IMG/VR virus record: IMGVR_UViG_2778261165_000014
Coordinates: 1 to 11,372 of that record
Direction: 5' to 3' (one strand)
Source: a virus
Lineage: Duplodnaviria; Heunggongvirae; Uroviricota; Caudoviricetes
DNA length: 11,372 nt
This document shows positions 7,346-11,372 of this stretch, piece by piece (the stretch's first letter is position 1; each line of letters begins with the position of its first letter). The notes beneath the pieces were generated by a model, which had not been told where the DNA came from, did not search any database, and saw nothing but the letters and a program-made list of their open reading frames with translations. The position numbers and the translations under genes were made by a program.

Positions 7346-7588
7346 ATGTCTGAACGCAGGTACAAGAACCCACAAGTTAATCTTCGACTTCCTGTGGAGA
7401 TAAAGGATCGCCTAACCGCGTTAGCTGAGGAGAATGGCAGATCTTTAAATGCAGAAATGGTTGCAGCTCTAAGTGCATGGGCAGGAGAAAATAAACATGT
7501 TCACTCGCTTAGCCTTTCTTCCTTAACCGAAAGATTAATAGCTCTTGAGAGAGAGGTTGCAGCCATTAAGGAAGCAAACATCAAGTAA
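7346..7588 (+). CDS. mnt: Mnt-like ribbon-helix-helix repressor
   Basis: The ORF track starts at 7340; the second ATG at 7346 has AGGA 7 nt upstream. The N-terminus ...PQVNLRLPVEIKDRLTALAEENGRSLNAEMV... shows the Arc/Mnt family pattern, and the C-terminus LTERLIALEREVAAIKEANIK looks like a coiled coil, which Mnt uses to tetramerise. Divergent from arc-ant. Confidence 0.7.
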   Translation: MSERRYKNPQVNLRLPVEIKDRLTALAEENGRSLNAEMVAALSAWAGENKHVHSLSLSSLTERLIALEREVAAIKEANIK

Positions 7589-7611
7589 GAAGACGATATT
7601 ACGAGGTTGCT

Positions 7612-8079
7612 ATGGCATGTCTTAGCAAGGAAGAAAATGAAATCATCAATGTAGAATTTAAAAAAACATCAGCAGATGAGTTGTTGATAATCAAGAAATT
7701 AATTATCGATGTTAAGAACCATAAAGGGCTATACCAAGATGTCGTAAAGCATGGTCAAAACCTGTACAACTCAAAGAATAACATCATTCAAGAAACCGGA
7801 CTTAGCGAAAAGATATCTGGTCGTCTTGCTATGATCCTTTGGTCTATCACTAATCCTGAGGTTGAGGCGGCACGCCGATTAAAGATTAAGATCACTGAGG
7901 CAACGTGGGTGTTTGAGGATTTCCTATGTAAACATCCCAGTCACCGCAATCTCAATGGCAAAAAGTACTCTATTCGTAAAGGAATCAGGATCGGTTTTTT
8001 CAAGCACATCCACCCAGGACAACTTGTAGGGTGTGGATGTTTATCTAGACCCATAATTCCAGGGTTAAAAAACTCTTGA
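7612..8079 (+). CDS. Hypothetical protein (155 aa), unrecognised, in an AT-rich cargo island
   Basis: ATG at 7612, 23 nt after the mnt-like stop, with an SD-like acgagg upstream. Hand count of a 100-nt sample (7612-7711) gives about 29% GC, against about 49% for a sample in the baseplate J gene (2401-2500). The C-terminal region has a Cys/His cluster (C106, H108, H111, H132, H134, C141, C143). Confidence 0.55.
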   Translation: MACLSKEENEIINVEFKKTSADELLIIKKLIIDVKNHKGLYQDVVKHGQNLYNSKNNIIQETGLSEKISGRLAMILWSITNPEVEAARRLKIKITEATWVFEDFLCKHPSHRNLNGKKYSIRKGIRIGFFKHIHPGQLVGCGCLSRPIIPGLKNS

Positions 8080-8088
8080 TAGTAGTAA

Positions 8089-8328
8089 TTAATTTCCATC
8101 AAGGGCAGCAAGCAGCGAAGTGCGCAACTCTTCTTGAGTCATTTTCAACTCTCCGCTCTTTGCTTGCCGGCGAAGATCATCGACCACCATTTTGGTGAAT
8201 TCTGTAGGGGTAATCTCACTCTCGATAGAGACCTCTCTCCCGAGAAGCAATGATATCCCACCCCAAATTAGGCTAAAGGCATTACCAATATTTTTTAACG
8301 ATGGAGTGTAAACGATGGAAAGTTTCAT
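8089..8328 (-). CDS. Possible small protein (up to 79 aa, or about 53 aa from TTG at 8250), antisense to the start of the 116-aa plus-strand ORF; uncertain
   Basis: This is the C-terminal part of the 161-aa minus-strand ORF in the track. It has a hydrophobic stretch (IGNAFSLIWGGISLLLG) followed by a charged tail (...EFTKMVVDDLRRQAKSGELKMTQEELRTSLLAALDGN). The plus strand has no ORF of 60 aa or more across 8080-8314. SDs are weak. Confidence 0.25.
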   Translation of the reverse strand: MKLSIVYTPSLKNIGNAFSLIWGGISLLLGREVSIESEITPTEFTKMVVDDLRRQAKSGELKMTQEELRTSLLAALDGN

Positions 8329-8665
8329 TTTTACCGTCCGACAAGAAGATGTTGAATCATTAAACGAAGCAATGCAAACATGGGGGCTAGAACATAAGCC
8401 ACATGTAACACTAGCATTCGACAGCTCGTCTCCACCAGAGTGGGTGCAAGTAATTGTTAACGGAATAACAAGCCCTGCGGCAATGAATTGTTTATCTGCT
8501 GCAATTGGATATTTCGTCGCCAGAAACAAGGGGAAAAAGCTAGAGATACAAACTAACGACGGGAAAAGATTCATCGCTGAAGGGTTTAATCATCGTGAAA
8601 TAAGCGCCTTACTGAGCGAATGTCAAGATCATATCGTTGTCAATAATGATGACAAGCCCACCTGA
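8315..8665 (+). CDS. Hypothetical protein (116 aa), unrecognised
   Basis: ATG at 8315 with GGAG 8 nt upstream (8303-8306). Same orientation as the mnt-like gene and the neighbouring cargo ORFs. The sequence looks like a soluble protein; no motif recognised. Confidence 0.5.
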   Translation: MESFIFTVRQEDVESLNEAMQTWGLEHKPHVTLAFDSSSPPEWVQVIVNGITSPAAMNCLSAAIGYFVARNKGKKLEIQTNDGKRFIAEGFNHREISALLSECQDHIVVNNDDKPT

Positions 8666-8729
8666 GTAGGCATTGCGTGTTTTTTCTTCATTTAATGGGC
8701 AATTGAAATAACCAATACGGATCTCTAAA

Positions 8730-9131
8730 ATGAACATCTTAAAATCTACCATCTCAATCCTCTTTCTGCTAAGCCCTTCCGTGTGCTTCTCGTCTGGCGG
8801 CCTTACTTCACATCAAGTTTTAGTGGATTGCAACAGAGCTTCATCGTCCTTGGTTAGCTCCTATGAAAAGAACGTTCCATTGCAGGAGTCCAAAAGGATG
8901 GACCTCATACAGACAATATCCCGCGTATGCCAAGGTGCATACCAAAACGCTTACGATGGCATGCAGTATGAGGACATTGAAAGAGAGGTTTTATCAAGCG
9001 CCAAAAAACAAAAGAAAAATCTTCAAGGAGAAAGCAAAAAAAATACCGAGAACAGAACCGGACTAGTTCTTTCCGCCATTCAGGTAGGGTATTACATATA
9101 CCATAATGGCGGTCTTGATAATAAAAAATAA
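8730..9131 (+). CDS. Hypothetical secreted or membrane-associated protein (133 aa) with N-terminal signal peptide
   Basis: The N-terminus MNILKSTISILFLLSPSVCFSSGG has a basic n-region and hydrophobic core typical of a Sec signal. The C-terminal part is Lys-rich and contains a second hydrophobic stretch (GLVLSAIQVGYYIY). Its 3' end converges on the tape-measure gene with a 20-nt gap. Confidence 0.6.
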   Translation: MNILKSTISILFLLSPSVCFSSGGLTSHQVLVDCNRASSSLVSSYEKNVPLQESKRMDLIQTISRVCQGAYQNAYDGMQYEDIEREVLSSAKKQKKNLQGESKKNTENRTGLVLSAIQVGYYIYHNGGLDNKK

Positions 9132-9151
9132 TCGTCATTATGACATGATCG

Positions 9152-10969
9152 TTAAGGTGTTACACCACTAGAAAATGCCGCGTTTGTTGACACCCGGCTA
9201 ACTTGCTGATTGACACTTCTGGTAAGAGCATCAACTGTTGTCGGGTTACTGTTAACAACAACCGTGCCAATAGTTGTACTGCTGCTACGACTGTTGTCAA
9301 TTTTTGATGTTGTCTGGCTTGGTGTTGAAGCGATGCGTTGCTGCTGCTGATAGTAAGCCAGCGTCTCGTTTTCTTTTGCATTAAGAGCTGCGCGAATCTT
9401 TGGTACATATTCTCGCGTTTCTTTCGGCAGGGTGTTCCAGTATTTGGATGATGGTGAATCAAACCCGGTACTGGATATGTATTTTAACTTTTTGTCTACA
9501 TTGCCCATCCCCCAGTTGTAAGCCATCAGCGCATGGTTAACATTGCCTTTATAGTGCTTTAGCAAATCCCTCATGAACCTTTCAGCAGCAGCGCGAGATT
9601 TCACTTCATCAAGACGCTCATCAATCCCATCCCCGACCTTTAACCCGTACGCTATGGCAGTATCCTTCATGAGCTGATACGGACCAACAGCACCTTTCGG
9701 GCTGTAAAGTTTTTTACCACCACTCGATTCCACCTCACGAATGGCATCAAGAAGAGAATCCATGCTTACAGGCTTTACTCCGTCAGGGAGAGGGATATCT
9801 GGCTGAATGTTATTGCCATAAATCTCATCTCCCCTACGCCCAAAATCGGTGTCAAACCCCATGCTGCGCATGGTATCTCCAAGTTCACGCTTAGAGTAAT
9901 CAAACGATCCTTTAGCTGCACCCTCAATGTTTTCCCTGTCATTGTAGAGGTACAAACCATATGCTATTAACCCAGCCAACCATGGAGGAAGGGCACCGCC
10001 TGTAAGTTTGCTTCCTACATATGCTGCTGCCAATAGTTTCAGAGCCTCTTCCGCACCACCAACTGCCTTTGTGAATTGCTTCGTCATATTCCCGGCGTCA
10101 TTGAAAAAGCCAATGATGTCGCCATGATGTTTCTCAATCCAGGAACCAAAAGCCTTCATCCCGTCAATAACGTCTGGAGCGAATGCCATGGCTAAATTTT
10201 GCTTTAATCGGGAAAACTCTGAATCAAGTTGCCCAAGAGTGGCAGCAACCTTCTCCTGCTCTTTTACCTGCTGTGCGGTAATACGGGATTTCTTTGTTTC
10301 TGAATCGACAAGCTGCTTAAGTTCCCCTGATTTTATTTTAGCGGCATCTGTCGGATCGAACCCTGATGCAGCCATCACCTGCATCAGGTTTTCTTGAGAA
10401 TGAGTCTTGCCATAGCGAGAAAACTCAGCAAGAGCCTTGTTTGGGTCGCCGAGCTTATTGATATCTAATCCGGTACGAGCTCCAAGAATCAGCAAATTTT
10501 GGGCAGCGCCAGTAAGCCCTCCCATAACAGTCGGATCGGCAATATTTGCCAAAGCCATTCTGGCATTCCCAGAAGATGAAATGAACGAGTCACCGTTAAG
10601 ACCAGCCTGGCGAAATCCCCGCTGAACACCAAACATCTTATTAACATCAGAGCCGAAAAACTTGGCCTGTTGGCTGGCCCTCACAATTTCGTTGGCAGTA
10701 GATGTAAAAAGTTGCTTGATTCCATACAACCCTGCGCCAATTCCCAAAAATCCAGCGGCTGCTGTTGTCACGTTGCGGAAAGCTGAAACAGCGGTTTTAC
10801 CGAACCTCTCCATTTCCTTCCGCCGTTTTTCAAGTTCCTTTAGCCTTTCCTTCTCAGCCCTGGAAAGATCTTTGTTTAATTTACTAACTTCATCTTTTAC
10901 TTTCCGTTTTCCATTCAGGAATTCATCGGCCTTAATTGTGACCTTGTAGGCCAACTCATTGATAATCAT
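9152..10969 (-). CDS. Tape-measure-like protein with C-terminal SLT lytic transglycosylase domain
   Basis: 605-aa ORF. The N-terminus has a charged coiled-coil-like stretch (KRKVKDEVSKLNKDLSRAEKERLKELEKRRKEMERF) and Gly-rich hydrophobic segments. Around aa 400-515 (nt 9425-9772) it carries family-1 SLT motifs: E-S (E414, codon 9728-9730), GAVGPYQLM, and AYNWG. GGAG lies 5 nt upstream of the ATG at 10969. Confidence 0.7.
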   Translation of the reverse strand: MIINELAYKVTIKADEFLNGKRKVKDEVSKLNKDLSRAEKERLKELEKRRKEMERFGKTAVSAFRNVTTAAAGFLGIGAGLYGIKQLFTSTANEIVRASQQAKFFGSDVNKMFGVQRGFRQAGLNGDSFISSSGNARMALANIADPTVMGGLTGAAQNLLILGARTGLDINKLGDPNKALAEFSRYGKTHSQENLMQVMAASGFDPTDAAKIKSGELKQLVDSETKKSRITAQQVKEQEKVAATLGQLDSEFSRLKQNLAMAFAPDVIDGMKAFGSWIEKHHGDIIGFFNDAGNMTKQFTKAVGGAEEALKLLAAAYVGSKLTGGALPPWLAGLIAYGLYLYNDRENIEGAAKGSFDYSKRELGDTMRSMGFDTDFGRRGDEIYGNNIQPDIPLPDGVKPVSMDSLLDAIREVESSGGKKLYSPKGAVGPYQLMKDTAIAYGLKVGDGIDERLDEVKSRAAAERFMRDLLKHYKGNVNHALMAYNWGMGNVDKKLKYISSTGFDSPSSKYWNTLPKETREYVPKIRAALNAKENETLAYYQQQQRIASTPSQTTSKIDNSRSSSTTIGTVVVNSNPTTVDALTRSVNQQVSRVSTNAAFSSGVTP

Positions 10970-11205
10970 CGCTGCTCCTGATGTTTATTCCAGACCCGCT
11001 TGTTAAATGATTCCACCGAGATAATTTCCAGCAGGTTATACATATCACGAACAGATAACCGTTCCTGCAAATCGGTATAAGTGGCTTTTCCTGAACAGAT
11101 AATGGCGTTCATTGATGGTGTGACGTTTACGGGGCTAACGAGTTTTGCCGGAAGAGTCTCCTCCTCCATGAACGGGTACTTCACTCTCCGGCGATCGTTA
11201 AAAAA
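10966..11205 (-). CDS. -1 frame extension (T-like) of the tail assembly chaperone, predicted to be expressed by programmed frameshifting as a G-T-type fusion
   Basis: This reading frame opens right after a stop at 11206-11208 and runs to 10966, overlapping the tape-measure ATG as ATGA. It has no convincing start or SD of its own (the track's start at 11184 is GTG; the first ATG at 11170 lacks an SD). The slippery heptamer UUUUUUA lies at 11205..11199 on the minus-strand mRNA. Confidence 0.55.
   Translation of the reverse strand, partial: FFNDRRRVKYPFMEEETLPAKLVSPVNVTPSMNAIICSGKATYTDLQERLSVRDMYNLLEIISVESFNKRVWNKHQEQR
11147..11205 (-). other. Programmed -1 ribosomal frameshift signal: slippery heptamer U UUU UUA plus downstream hairpin
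   Basis: On the mRNA the zero-frame codons are GAU UUU UUA (11207..11199). After a 6-nt spacer (ACGAUC), GCCGGAGAG (11192..11184) can pair with CUCUUCCGGC (11156..11147), giving a 9-bp GC-rich stem with one bulged U and a 27-nt loop. Confidence 0.5.
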
Positions 11206-11372
11206 TCAAAATTGACTTTAAATACCTTATCCATTACCTGACGAATGGTTGATACCTCTTCAAAGTCGACAGGCTTCACGGTTCGCACCTGTCTGCTGCC
11301 TTCGTGTGTAATCACAATTTGCACAGTTGACATCAGGCGATCACGAAGTTTTCTGGCGACTTCCGGCGATGC
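11181..11372 (-). CDS. Tail assembly chaperone (G-like), 3' portion; 5' end lies outside the window
   Basis: Open frame from the window edge to TGA at 11183..11181, translated manually as ...ASPEVARKLRDRLMSTVQIVITHEGSRQVRTVKPVDFEEVSTIRQVMDKVFKVNFDFLTIAGE. It sits immediately upstream of the tape-measure gene and contains the slippery site near its 3' end. Confidence 0.55.
   Translation of the reverse strand, partial: ASPEVARKLRDRLMSTVQIVITHEGSRQVRTVKPVDFEEVSTIRQVMDKVFKVNFDFLTIAGE

Noticed and set aside
7612-8079. Calling the 155-aa cargo protein an HNH nuclease
   Set aside because: The Cys/His spacing only loosely resembles HNH or treble-clef motifs and I cannot match a defined signature from sequence alone. 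It is kept as a hypothesis in the findings, not as an annotation.
8089-8574. Full-length 161-aa minus-strand ORF from the ORF track
   Set aside because: Its N-terminal 82 residues are Cys/Ser/Thr/Pro-rich and lie antisense to the better-supported plus-strand 116-aa ORF, which has a GGAG SD. Only the C-terminal part (8089-8328) is kept, as a low-confidence small ORF.
8666-8729. Intrinsic terminator after the 116-aa gene (T-tract at about 8684-8689)
   Set aside because: The T-run is not preceded by a convincing GC-rich stem, and the downstream gene is co-oriented, so an operon is more likely.
8730-8800. Lipoprotein call for the 133-aa secreted protein
   Set aside because: The residues before the Cys (P-S-V-C) do not fit a canonical lipobox (L-[AS]-[GA]-C), so a Sec signal peptide or signal anchor is more likely.
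10188-10949. Several plus-strand ORFs (62-95 aa) inside the tape-measure gene
   Set aside because: They are antisense to a gene with clear SLT domain motifs, and their products are Ser/Phe/Cys-rich low complexity.
1-11372. CRISPR arrays, tRNA or rRNA genes, integrase, transposase or IS terminal inverted repeats
   Set aside because: I found no regularly spaced direct repeats, no cloverleaf-like tRNA candidates and no ORFs resembling recombinases. The cargo island therefore shows no sign of being a transposon, and any attachment site or integrase must lie outside this window.

Overview
This window reads as a prophage or phage late-region segment, with the structural operon on the minus strand. 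From high to low coordinates it carries a partial tail-assembly-chaperone gene with a -1 frameshift extension, a tape-measure-like protein with a C-terminal lytic transglycosylase (SLT) domain, a baseplate module (hub-like, spike V-like, GP46-like, baseplate J-like), a short tail fiber and a tail-fiber assembly chaperone. Inserted between the tape-measure gene and the baseplate genes is a module organised like the phage P22 immI region: an Arc-like repressor and an Ant-like antirepressor on the minus strand, a divergent Mnt-like repressor on the plus strand, palindromic operator candidates between them, and a candidate sar-like antisense RNA opposite the ant ribosome-binding site. Downstream of the Mnt-like gene, antisense to the late operon, lies an AT-rich cargo island (about 7612-9131) with three to four small ORFs I cannot assign to any family, one with a signal peptide. 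It sits where P22 carries sieA (as I recall the P22 map), so it is the best candidate here for an undescribed superinfection-exclusion or anti-phage system. No tRNA, rRNA, CRISPR array, integrase or transposase was seen. All calls come from reading the sequence and the ORF track; no database search was run.
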